The position numbers were made by a program, and so were the translations under genes. The notes under the pieces are model-generated. The model ran no database searches, was not told where the DNA came from, and saw only the letters and a program-made list of their open reading frames with translations. From Caldilineae bacterium (GTDB taxonomy: Bacteria > Chloroflexota > Anaerolineae > J102): a stretch of DNA of 33,409 nt. Shown one piece after another: positions 6,368 through 15,412 of the stretch. How positions within the stretch are numbered: position 1 is the stretch's first letter; each line of letters opens with the position of its first letter. Location: assembly GCA_011176555.1 (NCBI GenBank), contig DUEF01000001.1, forward strand, positions 8,652-42,060, given 5' to 3'.

Positions 6368-8509
6368 CTAGAACTCAATCGCTACGAGCAGGTTGGCGGC
6401 TTCCCAATTGAGCATTCCCCCCTCGAGGATCTGGACGCCCGTACAGTTTTGGTCGCAGAGGGCCTGCGCCACCCGATGACTACGCCTACCAGTGCGGCAA
6501 ACCAACACCACAGACAAGTTGGCTTTTAGCTCCGTGGCGCGGGTGACCAATTGCGGGAGGGGAATATTGATGGCCTGGGGGATATGCCCCCGTTTGAATT
6601 CACGCGGTTCGCGCACATCAACGACCAGGGGCGGATCGGGTTGCGCCAATCGGTGATGCAGCGCCTTGGCTGTGATGAATCTGAGCTTGCTTTCATCGAT
6701 TTCGACGCTGCCGGGCAGGTCGAGGTGGTAGTCTGGTCGGGGGAGATTCTGGCATTCGAGAAACGCGCGAATTTCACATTCGTAGATGCAGATGGCGGGA
6801 TCTAAGACATGCTGGAAGAGGAAGGGGATGGCCTCATCGACTTCCAGAAAGTGATCCTCGCCCAGCAGCGTCACAAAGCCGGCGGCTTCCATGCGTTTTT
6901 GTACGGCTGGCCGCACTTTGCTGATGTAGACGTCGCCCCCCAGTTCTCGATAATGGCGAACAATGGATTCCAGAACATGAATGCCGCTGATGTCGATATG
7001 CTGCACATTCTGCATTCGCAGGGTCAGGTAACGTTGGTGCGGGTGTTTTTGCATGTTTTCAAGTATCGCATCTTCGACATGCCCCACCGCACCAAAGTAC
7101 AGATCGCCGCGCACCTCAAGCACCGCCAATTGTGGACACTGGGGTTTGCCGGGCCGTGGCTCCAGGTGCTTGTAAGCGTCGTCAGGAAAGACCGGCAACA
7201 CGACCGGCATACTGGTTTTGAGCAGGTAATAAGCCAGCGACATCAGGATGCCGGTGAGCACGGCGAATTGCAGGGGCAGGAATAGGGTCGCGAACAGGGT
7301 GACGAGCATAATGGCTGTATCGCCCCGCGTGGAGCGCCAGATCCGCACCATTTCCGGCACATCGATCATACCCAGGCCGATCACGATCAAAACGCCAGCC
7401 AGAACCGCCAGGGGGATATACGCGGCGGCCGGGGCCAGCGCCAACATGGCGATGAGGGCGAAGATCCCGGAAAACGCCGCGGCCAGCCCGGTTTGGGCGT
7501 TGGCGTCGTAGTTCGCGGCCGAGCGATTGAAGGAGGCGGAGGTGGAATAACCGGAAAACAAGCCGCTGGCGAGGGAAGCCAAGCCCTGCCCCACAAATTC
7601 CTGATTGCTTTCCAGGCGTTGCCCGGAACGGGCGGCGATGGAACGGGCGATGGAAGTGGCTTCCACCAAGCCAATCGCCCCTAGCGCCAACGCCCCCATC
7701 GACAGATCTGATATCAGATTGAGGTTAAAGATAGGAAGAGAAGCCAATGGCGGTAAACTGCGTGGCAGTTCGCCAGTAATGCGCACACCTTGCTGATCCA
7801 ACCCAAAAACGGCGACGATGGCCGCGCCCAACACCATGACGATGAGCGGCCCTGGCAGCTTGGGAAAAAACCTGCGCAAGAGTATGAGGAGGACGATGGC
7901 TCCTCCGCCCAGGGCCAGAGTGATGAGGTGGGTTTCCGGCGCGTGAATGATCAGATTTTCCAGTCGGGTCACCATCTCTGTAGAACCGCCGTCGTTTACT
8001 CTGAGAAGATGGCGCATTTGGCCGACGGCTATGAGAATGCCTGCGCCAGCCGTGAAACCGACGATGACGGAATCCGACACGAAGTTAGCGAGAACACCCA
8101 AGCGGGCGACGCCCACCAACACCCGAAAAACGCCTACCATAACGGCCAACATGCCCGCGGCGGCAATGTACTCCGGCGAACCCTGGGCCGCGATGGGAAT
8201 AAGCACTGAAGCCACGAGCAGGGAGGCGGTGTTGGTGGCTCCGGTGTGCAGATGGTGAGAAGATCCCCATAAACCGCCCACAATCGCGCCCACAATCCCA
8301 GCGTACAACCCCATTTGCGGTGGCAATCCCGCGATAAAGGCAAAAGCGATGCCCTGCGGCAGCACAAGCACGCTCAGCGTCAAACCGGCGATAAGGTCTG
8401 GTCGCAGGTTTTGAATCTTGTAGTCGCGGAGAATCCGAACTGGACGCGTGAAATAAGAAGCTGAGGAAGCCAAAGGGGTTAGGATTGGCCTGGTTGCCAT
8501 GGATTCCAT
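6368..8509 (-). CDS. SulP-family anion transporter fused to STAS and a C-terminal rhodanese domain
   Basis: SulP signature region (LRPDLIAGLTLSVLVLPQGIAFAFIAGLPPQMGLY) and many TM segments. STAS-like segment (LEVRGDLYFGAVGHVED...). Rhodanese end (VVDVREPREFKRGHIPQAINIP...VLVCRTGRRS). I took the start at ATG 8509 (8500 is also possible) because the longer ORF overlaps the upstream methyltransferase gene. Confidence 0.85.
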   Translation of the reverse strand: MESMATRPILTPLASSASYFTRPVRILRDYKIQNLRPDLIAGLTLSVLVLPQGIAFAFIAGLPPQMGLYAGIVGAIVGGLWGSSHHLHTGATNTASLLVASVLIPIAAQGSPEYIAAAGMLAVMVGVFRVLVGVARLGVLANFVSDSVIVGFTAGAGILIAVGQMRHLLRVNDGGSTEMVTRLENLIIHAPETHLITLALGGGAIVLLILLRRFFPKLPGPLIVMVLGAAIVAVFGLDQQGVRITGELPRSLPPLASLPIFNLNLISDLSMGALALGAIGLVEATSIARSIAARSGQRLESNQEFVGQGLASLASGLFSGYSTSASFNRSAANYDANAQTGLAAAFSGIFALIAMLALAPAAAYIPLAVLAGVLIVIGLGMIDVPEMVRIWRSTRGDTAIMLVTLFATLFLPLQFAVLTGILMSLAYYLLKTSMPVVLPVFPDDAYKHLEPRPGKPQCPQLAVLEVRGDLYFGAVGHVEDAILENMQKHPHQRYLTLRMQNVQHIDISGIHVLESIVRHYRELGGDVYISKVRPAVQKRMEAAGFVTLLGEDHFLEVDEAIPFLFQHVLDPAICIYECEIRAFLECQNLPRPDYHLDLPGSVEIDESKLRFITAKALHHRLAQPDPPLVVDVREPREFKRGHIPQAINIPLPQLVTRATELKANLSVVLVCRTGRRSHRVAQALCDQNCTGVQILEGGMLNWEAANLLVAIEF

Positions 8510-8516
8510 ACTATAG

Positions 8517-8525
8517 ATTCTACCA
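8517..8525 (-). promoter_or_regulatory. extended -10 element TGGTAGAAT, 7 nt upstream of the SulP ATG
   Basis: The minus strand reads ...cctggtagaatctatagtATGgaatcc. There is no SD and no good -35. Confidence 0.4.
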
Positions 8526-8573
8526 GGTTTTACGTCAGTTACACCATGACGCAAGTGGTCGCTGCTCCGCCAT

Positions 8574-9296
8574 TTAGCGCTGGGCCACGCAAAGCAACGA
8601 CTGACCAAGAGGAACATCCCATACTTTGCGAAGCAAACGCTCGCCGTGAATGAACAACGGCGCCAGGCGATTGAACCAGTCGAGTTGAGATGTGGGGAGG
8701 ATTTGGCGTTTGAGCACACGGCTGTTTAACCACCAACCCGGTATGCCCGCCAGATTGAGGTAGCTCAACCGCTGGATGCTGAACCCAGCCGCAGTCACTC
8801 GGTCGGCCAACATTTCGCGCTCGTAACGACGGTAATGCCCCAAGGCCGTGTCCAGAGTTCCGTACATGTAGGCGCCGGCGGGGACAAATAAAAGCAACCT
8901 GCCGCGCTCGACCAACACATCATGCATGTGCCGTAGCGCCAGCAGATCATCTTCGATGTGCTCCAACACGTTCAAACAGACCACGGTGTCGAAATGATAA
9001 TGGTCGAGCGCAATTTTCAGGTCGGGATCAGTGATGTCGCCCAGATGGGTGAGCACATTGTCGCGATCAGCATAGTGCTGGCGAGTCAATGCCACGCTGC
9101 CCGGCAGCAGATCGATGCCGACCAACAGTTCGCGATCGAGAAAATACTCGGTCATGTTGCCGATGCCGCAGCCGACCTCTAAAATGCGTTGGCCCACTGC
9201 ATCCGCAAACTCCTGATAAATCCAGGCGTTGTAGCGTTCCACCCTCGCCATTCTTTGCAGGGTTTCGTAGCCAACGGCGTCATCGTGTGCGTTCAT
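8574..9296 (-). CDS. class I SAM-dependent methyltransferase
   Basis: Motif I ILEVGCGIGNMTEYF, post-I acidic residue (GIDLL) and VVCLNVLEHIED. Confidence 0.8.
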   Translation of the reverse strand: MNAHDDAVGYETLQRMARVERYNAWIYQEFADAVGQRILEVGCGIGNMTEYFLDRELLVGIDLLPGSVALTRQHYADRDNVLTHLGDITDPDLKIALDHYHFDTVVCLNVLEHIEDDLLALRHMHDVLVERGRLLLFVPAGAYMYGTLDTALGHYRRYEREMLADRVTAAGFSIQRLSYLNLAGIPGWWLNSRVLKRQILPTSQLDWFNRLAPLFIHGERLLRKVWDVPLGQSLLCVAQR

Positions 9297-9310
9297 CTCA
9301 GCGGGAGGGT

Positions 9311-9685
9311 TCAGGGCGACGTCAGGGTCAGCAAAGGAGGGAGGAACAAGAACAAAGCGACAACGATGGCGGTAATGGCGGCGATTAGCACGCCCCCGGC
9401 CGCCGTGTCCTTGGCGATCTTGGCCAGGGGATGGTTTTCAGGGCTTGCAAGATCGACGACGGCTTCGATGGCAGTATTGAGCGCTTCGGCCAGGAACACC
9501 AGGCCAATGGTGAGGCTGAGCACGGCCCACGCCACCGCCGAAATCTTGAGCCAAAGCGCCAAAAGAATGGCCAAGATCGTCAGCGCCAGATGAATGCGGG
9601 CGTTGCGCTGGCTGCGGATGAGATGGCCGATACCGGCGCCAGCATAGCCAAACGCTTCGATCAGTCTGCGAGCTGTGTGCTTCAT
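9311..9685 (-). CDS. dgkA: diacylglycerol/undecaprenol kinase family membrane protein
   Basis: Small three-TM protein with RSQRNARIH and FLAEALNTAIEAVVD motifs. The ATG at 9685 overlaps the ybeY stop (ATGA). Confidence 0.8.
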   Translation of the reverse strand: MKHTARRLIEAFGYAGAGIGHLIRSQRNARIHLALTILAILLALWLKISAVAWAVLSLTIGLVFLAEALNTAIEAVVDLASPENHPLAKIAKDTAAGGVLIAAITAIVVALFLFLPPLLTLTSP

Positions 9686-10137
9686 GGCGCTTGCATTCCC
9701 GCCAGGATGGCGTCTTGCCGGGCCCACATGGTCGCCTTCTCTTCCGGTTCGGCGTGATCGTAACCGAGCAGGTGCAGGGTTCCGTGCACGACCAGCAAAA
9801 TCAATTCATCGGAAACCTCACGGCCGTAACGTGCGGCCTGACTCGCGGCATAGGGATAGGCGATGGCGATGTCGCCGAGGTAGGGTTCAGCGCCAGGGGC
9901 CGGGACGAAGGCGTTGGCGTCCGATTGAGCAGGGAAGCTGAGTACATCAGTCGGGCCAGATTTACCAAGAAAGCGCTGGTTCAGATCGACGATGGCGTCA
10001 TCATCAGTGACGAGGAGCGTCACATCGCCCTGCGCGTTCTCGGCTGTGAGCGTGGCCGCGATAGCTTTTCTGAGCAAATCTTCGAGTGCTGGCGATTGAT
10101 AGGGTTCGTCGATATGGATTTCAATCATCTTGATCAT
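9682..10137 (-). CDS. ybeY: rRNA maturation endoribonuclease YbeY
   Basis: Zinc motif HGTLHLLGYDH. ATGA overlap with the upstream 7TM-HD gene. Confidence 0.9.
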   Translation of the reverse strand: MIKMIEIHIDEPYQSPALEDLLRKAIAATLTAENAQGDVTLLVTDDDAIVDLNQRFLGKSGPTDVLSFPAQSDANAFVPAPGAEPYLGDIAIAYPYAASQAARYGREVSDELILLVVHGTLHLLGYDHAEPEEKATMWARQDAILAGMQAP

Positions 10138-12323
10138 CGCACCGTCGCCGGTTGTGCGGTGGGAGCGCTTGCCTGCTTCGTGGTGGATGCGCCGACGCCG
10201 TTGGGATATTTGATTCGGGGATGATGGATGCCCTGCAAGACCCGCGCAAAGGCGTCGGTAATCCGGCTTAAATCGCGCAGGGTGAGTTGACTTTGGTCCA
10301 ACTGCCCTGACATCAAACGCCGATTGATGACGCTACGGATGAGTTCCAGCATTTCTTCCCGGCTACCGGGATTCATGGCGCGAATGGTGGCCTCGCAACC
10401 ATCGGCGAGCATCAAGATGGCTGTTTCCCGGCTGCGCGGTTTGGGGCCAGGATAGCGAAATTCGCTCTCATCGACTTCATCAGGACTGTCATGCTCCTGA
10501 CAGGCCTGGTAGTAGAAATACTCCACACGCGTCGTGCCATGATGCTCGCGGATGAAATCGACAATGGCGTTGGGGATCTTGAATTTGTGCGCCAACTCGA
10601 TGCCATCTGTCACATGGCTAATGATGATGCGGGCGCTGGTGTACGGGTCCAGGCGATCGTGCGGGTTGACGCCATCTGTGTTGTTTTCGATAAAAAAGTA
10701 CGGGCGCACGGTTTTCCCGATATCATGATAATACGATCCCACCCGCGTCAACAACACGTTGGCGCCAATGGCGCTGGCGGCTTCCTCGGCCATATTGCTG
10801 ACAATCAAACTGTGGTGGTACGTGCCCGGCGCTTTGAGTAGCAATTGCCGCAACAGCGGGTGTGTAGGACGCGAAAGCTCCAACAACTGAAGATTGGTCG
10901 TCAGGCCAAACACCTGCCCCAATAAATAGAAAATAACCAGGGTGAAGCTGCTGGCGAAAACGCCATTCACCAGCGTGGCTGTGGCCACCGCCAATAAATC
11001 CCCACTGTTGGACGGCGTGAACAAGGGGATACGGAATGCGGACAAGACGACGAGATTGATCAAAATAATCCAAATTCCTGCGCGCACAAAGCTATTCAGT
11101 CCCTCAGCCCGACCCAGCGCCAACGCCCCGGCCAATGCCCCAAACACGACATAAACCACAATCTCGATGTTGCCATCCGTGAAAACGCCGACCAGCGCGC
11201 CGATGAGCAAGGTGGCGACGACGGCAATGGGGAGATCGATCAGCGCGCTCACCAACATGGTCATCGCCGCCAGGGGAAAGAGATATGGCAGTAGGGTCGC
11301 CTCCGGCGACATCACCTTGGCCAGGAGGACGAAGGCGATGAAGATGCTGCTGAGCAGAAACACCTGCAGGTTATTCGACCAGAAATGGCGTTGGCGTTGC
11401 ATCACAAAGGCCACCAACATCCCCGTCAACAACCCCGCCATCAGGAAGGCCGAGAGATAATCTTGCCAGGTGCGCTCCGTTTGCAATAAGCCCAAAGCGT
11501 CAAGCGCTTCGATATCCAGAGCGTCCGCCCGATCCCCTTGTCGCAAGATAATCTCACCTTGAGCGATTGAGCGCTCAACCGGCTCCACATTGGCGATCGC
11601 CTCTTGTCGGGCCGCCTCTGTGCGTTCATCGTTAAGAAAGGTGTTGGGGCGCAACAACCCTTGCACCACGGCGGTGACAACGCTGGCTTCGTCTTCATTC
11701 AGCCTGAAGGTGACGAGGCTCGGGACCGCGCGTTTGGCCGACTGCAAGGTGTCTTCCCTGATTTCTTGCTGCATCGCCCGGTCTAACACGCGCACCGTCT
11801 CTTCTGTGACATCCTGCCAACTGGCGTCATCCAGGGCCAACATCTGCGCCGCCACCTGTTCACTGATGGGCACGTCGGCCATGCTGGTCAGCCAGTTGAT
11901 CTTCTGTTCTTCTGTGGCGTTGGGATCGTTCCGCACCACCTCGATGAAGGCGACGATCTCCTCCGCCCGCGCCAACTGCTGTCTGGCGATGCGAGTTTGC
12001 GGCGGATCGTAAACGGGGGCGAGGCTGGCCGCCGCCCTGTCTTGCGCCTGCTTCGTAAGCACTTCGCTGGTGAAGGTGATGGGGCGAGGCGCCGGGACAT
12101 TCGTCTTGCTGATTTGCCCCACGCTGATCTGCAGGTTGGAGCTGATCGGCCAATCCACCAACAACGACGCCATGATCGCCAGGGCCACAAATACGCAAAA
12201 CGCGGCCAAATTGAAGCGAGCGCGCCAGCGGCTGGGGTCGCGACTCCATTGGCTCAGGAAGCCGCTTTCCCCTTCCGGCGTGGTCGGGGTCGAAGTGAGA
12301 ATGGATTGGCGCTCTTCTGTCAC
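10134..12323 (-). CDS. pgpH: 7TM-receptor/HD-domain phosphohydrolase (PgpH/YqfF-like)
   Basis: N-terminal extracellular region, a seven-TM block, and a C-terminal HD domain (HHSLIVSNMAE...YYHDIGK...EHHG). Classic synteny with ybeY and dgkA. GTG start at 12323. Confidence 0.8.
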   Translation of the reverse strand: MTEERQSILTSTPTTPEGESGFLSQWSRDPSRWRARFNLAAFCVFVALAIMASLLVDWPISSNLQISVGQISKTNVPAPRPITFTSEVLTKQAQDRAAASLAPVYDPPQTRIARQQLARAEEIVAFIEVVRNDPNATEEQKINWLTSMADVPISEQVAAQMLALDDASWQDVTEETVRVLDRAMQQEIREDTLQSAKRAVPSLVTFRLNEDEASVVTAVVQGLLRPNTFLNDERTEAARQEAIANVEPVERSIAQGEIILRQGDRADALDIEALDALGLLQTERTWQDYLSAFLMAGLLTGMLVAFVMQRQRHFWSNNLQVFLLSSIFIAFVLLAKVMSPEATLLPYLFPLAAMTMLVSALIDLPIAVVATLLIGALVGVFTDGNIEIVVYVVFGALAGALALGRAEGLNSFVRAGIWIILINLVVLSAFRIPLFTPSNSGDLLAVATATLVNGVFASSFTLVIFYLLGQVFGLTTNLQLLELSRPTHPLLRQLLLKAPGTYHHSLIVSNMAEEAASAIGANVLLTRVGSYYHDIGKTVRPYFFIENNTDGVNPHDRLDPYTSARIIISHVTDGIELAHKFKIPNAIVDFIREHHGTTRVEYFYYQACQEHDSPDEVDESEFRYPGPKPRSRETAILMLADGCEATIRAMNPGSREEMLELIRSVINRRLMSGQLDQSQLTLRDLSRITDAFARVLQGIHHPRIKYPNGVGASTTKQASAPTAQPATVR

Positions 12324-12356
12324 GAGATTTGGGAGATTACAACAAGAGCCATCATT

Positions 12357-12803
12357 TTAGGACAATAACTCGCGTACGACCTGATTGACGAGACGACCAT
12401 CCGCCTTGCCTTTGAGTTCGGGCATGAGCTTGCCCATGACCTTGCCCATATCGCGCATACTGCTGGCTCCGACTTCATCGATCACGCTTTGGGCTCGCTC
12501 GCGAATCGCCTCCTCCGACATCAAACTGGGAAGATAGCTTTCTAACACAGTGAGCTCGGCCTGTTCGGTGGCCACCAGGTCGGCGCGTCCCCCCTGTTGA
12601 TAGGCGGCGATGCTATCCTGGCGCTGTTTGGCCTGTTTGCGAATGATGACGATGATCTGCTCGTCGCTCAGGGGCTGATTGTTGTTTTCTTTCTGGGCGC
12701 GGGTGATGGCGGCTTTGACGCTGCGTAGCGTCAGTTTCGTGATCTCATCACCAGCTTTCATGGCGGTGATCAAATCCTGATTGATCGTGTCTTGCAGATT
12801 CAT
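12357..12803 (-). CDS. yqeY: GatB/YqeY domain protein
   Basis: MNLQDTINQDLITAMKAGD...LRSVKAAI...LESYLP...MGKVMGKLMPELKGKADGRLVNQVVRELL is the typical YqeY layout. The ATG at 12803 avoids overlap with the upstream gene, whose stop is at 12814. Confidence 0.85.
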   Translation of the reverse strand: MNLQDTINQDLITAMKAGDEITKLTLRSVKAAITRAQKENNNQPLSDEQIIVIIRKQAKQRQDSIAAYQQGGRADLVATEQAELTVLESYLPSLMSEEAIRERAQSVIDEVGASSMRDMGKVMGKLMPELKGKADGRLVNQVVRELLS

Positions 12804-12813
12804 GGATTTCTTT

Positions 12814-14238
12814 TCACTTGAGCACGTAATAGGTCGCCCGACGCTCGCCGATTTTGAGCAGGACGCCCTTATCGACGAGGTCGGCGAAATCGCGGCGGAG
12901 TGTTTCTGGGCTGGCGTTTTCGCACAATTGCTGGTAGTCGCGATTGGTGATGCGGCGATTTTCCTGAACAAAGGCTAACGCTTTCTCCTGGCGGGGATTA
13001 AGTTGCAGGTGGGAGAATAAGCCAGCAGGCGGAGCTGCGCCCACAAGGTTGTGGCCATGTCCATAGATCGTCACCTTGAAACCTGCTGCGGTTTCCACGA
13101 ATTGCGGCCTGGGCAATTCTTCTTGAGCGCAAACCGCGATGATGCGGTCGATGCCGTAACCCAAGCGCTCGATAAAACCTGATTCAGAAAGGACTTGCAC
13201 AATCGCTTCGTTACGGCTGTAGCGCTCCTCGACAATATTATCGACGGTGACATGGCCGGGAAGGCGGCCAGGGGAGTACACTTCGAGGCGGTCACTAAAC
13301 ATCAAGAGACGAATGTTGTCACCGCGAATACTGTAGTCGCGATGAGCGACGGCGTTGACGATAACCTCGCGCACCACAGATATCGGATATTCGGGCGTAT
13401 CTTCCCGCGCCAAACCGCGGATGCGCATGCCCTGGCGCATGTTGCTGGAAACAAAAGCCTCCGCGCTCCGAATCTGATCCGATAAAACGCCCCTGATGTC
13501 CGCACGCACGAAATCATCACTCATGGTTTCGCCGGGATAGCGGACGCAAGTGATCTCGGCGGAACGTATCCAGCGCTGGGGCTCAACGCCAAATAGGAGG
13601 ATTCCGGCGACGGTGGGCTTGAGACCACTGGTGGTTTCGGCCAGACAGCCGTGGCTGAGCAGCAGTTCGGGCAGATCAACGACGCTATTGAGTTGTTGAT
13701 GGAAGGCGGCGGTGTGGGTCGGGTCCAAATCGTCCAGGCTGGCTTTCTCCAACACCTGCGATTCGAAACCAACCTCGTTGCGATTGAGCAGCAACCGTCG
13801 TAATTCGTTGGGCAACAAAGGCCGGTTGCGGCGTCCAGAACGGATCAGGTATTGGCCCTTCAGGCTGTACACATGGCGCAGGCCTGATGGAATCCGCACT
13901 GCGCAAACCGTGGCGCCGTCCAGGTCGACAAGTTCCGGTTGATGCAGGAGCAAAGGTGGATCGGGCATGAGCGCTGCAGCGGAAACCAACTCTCGCGTGT
14001 GTTTCGGCTCTGACAGGCCAATCGCATTGTTGCCGATTTTCGCATCAAGGATGAGCATCCCGCCCGAGGCGTTGGCCATGGCGACCAGTGTTTCGGCCAC
14101 TTTGCGGGGGCTGGTGCGTTCACTGAGCAGGGCGACGCGTTCACCCTGTCCGGCCTTCAGGGCGGCGCTTACATCGTCAGCGGTGGGGGAAGTGATGGTG
14201 ATGGGGGACATGGGCGTCTTTGAATGGTCAAATGCCAA
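12814..14238 (-). CDS. putative DNA-binding protein with AlbA_2 (Schlafen-like, divergent AAA) N-domain, HATPase_c_4-like middle and C-terminal winged HTH
   Basis: N-terminus ...ALLSERTSPRKVAETLVAMANASGGMLILD... is typical of AlbA_2. Middle REVIVNAVAHRDY. C-terminus NPRQEKALAFVQENRRITNRDYQQL...TLRRDFADLVDKGVLLKIG is HTH-like. Confidence 0.6.
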   Translation of the reverse strand: MAFDHSKTPMSPITITSPTADDVSAALKAGQGERVALLSERTSPRKVAETLVAMANASGGMLILDAKIGNNAIGLSEPKHTRELVSAAALMPDPPLLLHQPELVDLDGATVCAVRIPSGLRHVYSLKGQYLIRSGRRNRPLLPNELRRLLLNRNEVGFESQVLEKASLDDLDPTHTAAFHQQLNSVVDLPELLLSHGCLAETTSGLKPTVAGILLFGVEPQRWIRSAEITCVRYPGETMSDDFVRADIRGVLSDQIRSAEAFVSSNMRQGMRIRGLAREDTPEYPISVVREVIVNAVAHRDYSIRGDNIRLLMFSDRLEVYSPGRLPGHVTVDNIVEERYSRNEAIVQVLSESGFIERLGYGIDRIIAVCAQEELPRPQFVETAAGFKVTIYGHGHNLVGAAPPAGLFSHLQLNPRQEKALAFVQENRRITNRDYQQLCENASPETLRRDFADLVDKGVLLKIGERRATYYVLK

Positions 14239-14256
14239 GTGTGAATGGTCAAGCGG

Positions 14257-15408
14257 TTAACGGTCTTTGACGGCGATGATGCGCCATTTGACGGCGTCTT
14301 TGATGGTTGCGGGAGGGATCATGCGGACGGTCCATGTCATGGTGCGCCAGCCCTCGTTGGAGTTGAAATCGACATCGACATTCACCTCCGGCGGCATGTC
14401 ACTGTCCGGAGCGTCTGTGCTTTCGATCTCGAACACCGTGACTTCATTGTAATGAGGGATCTCGGTGCGCGGCGCTTCGTCCAGCCGACTTAGGTTCCCA
14501 TCTTCCAAATAGGCCAACACCTGCGCCTCGGGAAAAGCGGGCTCGTCGGGCGCTTGGCCGTTGCAAAATGTCACTTCACCGCCATAGCGGGCAAAGATGG
14601 GATCTGTGGCGGATTGGGGGACGAACTTCGGAGAGTCGCCAGAGTAAAGGCTCCATTGCTGCCGACGGCATAAATTGGAACGATCGATTCGAGGCTCCCA
14701 AGCCCAGAGCGTCTCGATGTTTGCGCCGGCGTCCCAACTCGACCAATCGGAGGGATTGCCCCGGCTCAGGCTGAACCAGCCCGGCGTGTAGGCGTAAGCC
14801 GCGCCATAGCCGGTTTCTTCATCGATCCACCAGAACATCGCGAAGCGATTGTAGCGCTTCTGGTTGATGCCGCGCACGAGCAGGCGGTCGGTCAAGGGCT
14901 CCTGATTTTGTGGATTCACGCCTTCGATAGCGACGGCGATAGTTTTGTACTCCAGATCATTGTCGCCGAGATAGCCGCGGGTCTTGTAAGCGTGATAGGC
15001 GGGCAACAGGCGATAAGGGACGAGATAGGCGGGAGATTGGTCGGAGATAGCGATGCTGTCATTGCCGCGCGGGCGGTTTTGGGCGTCGTAGATGACGCCT
15101 CCCAACTGGCCAGCGCTTTGATCCGCCTTCAAATCATAGCGGTAGAAGAACAACCACTCATCTTCGTCGTCGAGCAACACGTCGTCTTCCCATCTTGCGT
15201 CGATGTTGATGCGCACGAGTCCTTTGATCTGATCGTTGCGATAGGGCAGCCACTCTTCTGGTTTCATTTCATCCAAATTGACGTTGAGATCTTCGCTTCC
15301 GCCGCCAAAACTGAACAGAGGCCCCGGCTCATGCCGCAACCGCAGTCCCAAGAATACGAGGAAAATGATGAAAAGAACGCCGAAGATGATGGCAAGGATG
15401 CGGCCCAT
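14257..15408 (-). CDS. hypothetical N-terminally membrane-anchored protein
   Basis: 383-aa ORF with one N-terminal TM (ILAIIFGVLFIIFLVFLGL) and a Trp- and acidic-rich presumed extracytoplasmic body. No motif recognised. Sits 4 nt after the lon stop. Confidence 0.6.
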   Translation of the reverse strand: MGRILAIIFGVLFIIFLVFLGLRLRHEPGPLFSFGGGSEDLNVNLDEMKPEEWLPYRNDQIKGLVRINIDARWEDDVLLDDEDEWLFFYRYDLKADQSAGQLGGVIYDAQNRPRGNDSIAISDQSPAYLVPYRLLPAYHAYKTRGYLGDNDLEYKTIAVAIEGVNPQNQEPLTDRLLVRGINQKRYNRFAMFWWIDEETGYGAAYAYTPGWFSLSRGNPSDWSSWDAGANIETLWAWEPRIDRSNLCRRQQWSLYSGDSPKFVPQSATDPIFARYGGEVTFCNGQAPDEPAFPEAQVLAYLEDGNLSRLDEAPRTEIPHYNEVTVFEIESTDAPDSDMPPEVNVDVDFNSNEGWRTMTWTVRMIPPATIKDAVKWRIIAVKDR

Positions 15409-15412
15409 AATG

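Noticed and set aside
6368-8719. Full-length ORF-track versions with long N-terminal extensions (this one, plus 9311-9727, 12357-12971, 17896-19482, 19750-21798, 23129-24295, 24186-25067, 27066-27689, 27635-28555)
   Set aside because: The extensions overlap the preceding gene and/or translate to Arg/Ser/Cys-rich junk. Internal ATGs give N-termini that match the expected family starts and produce compact operon junctions.
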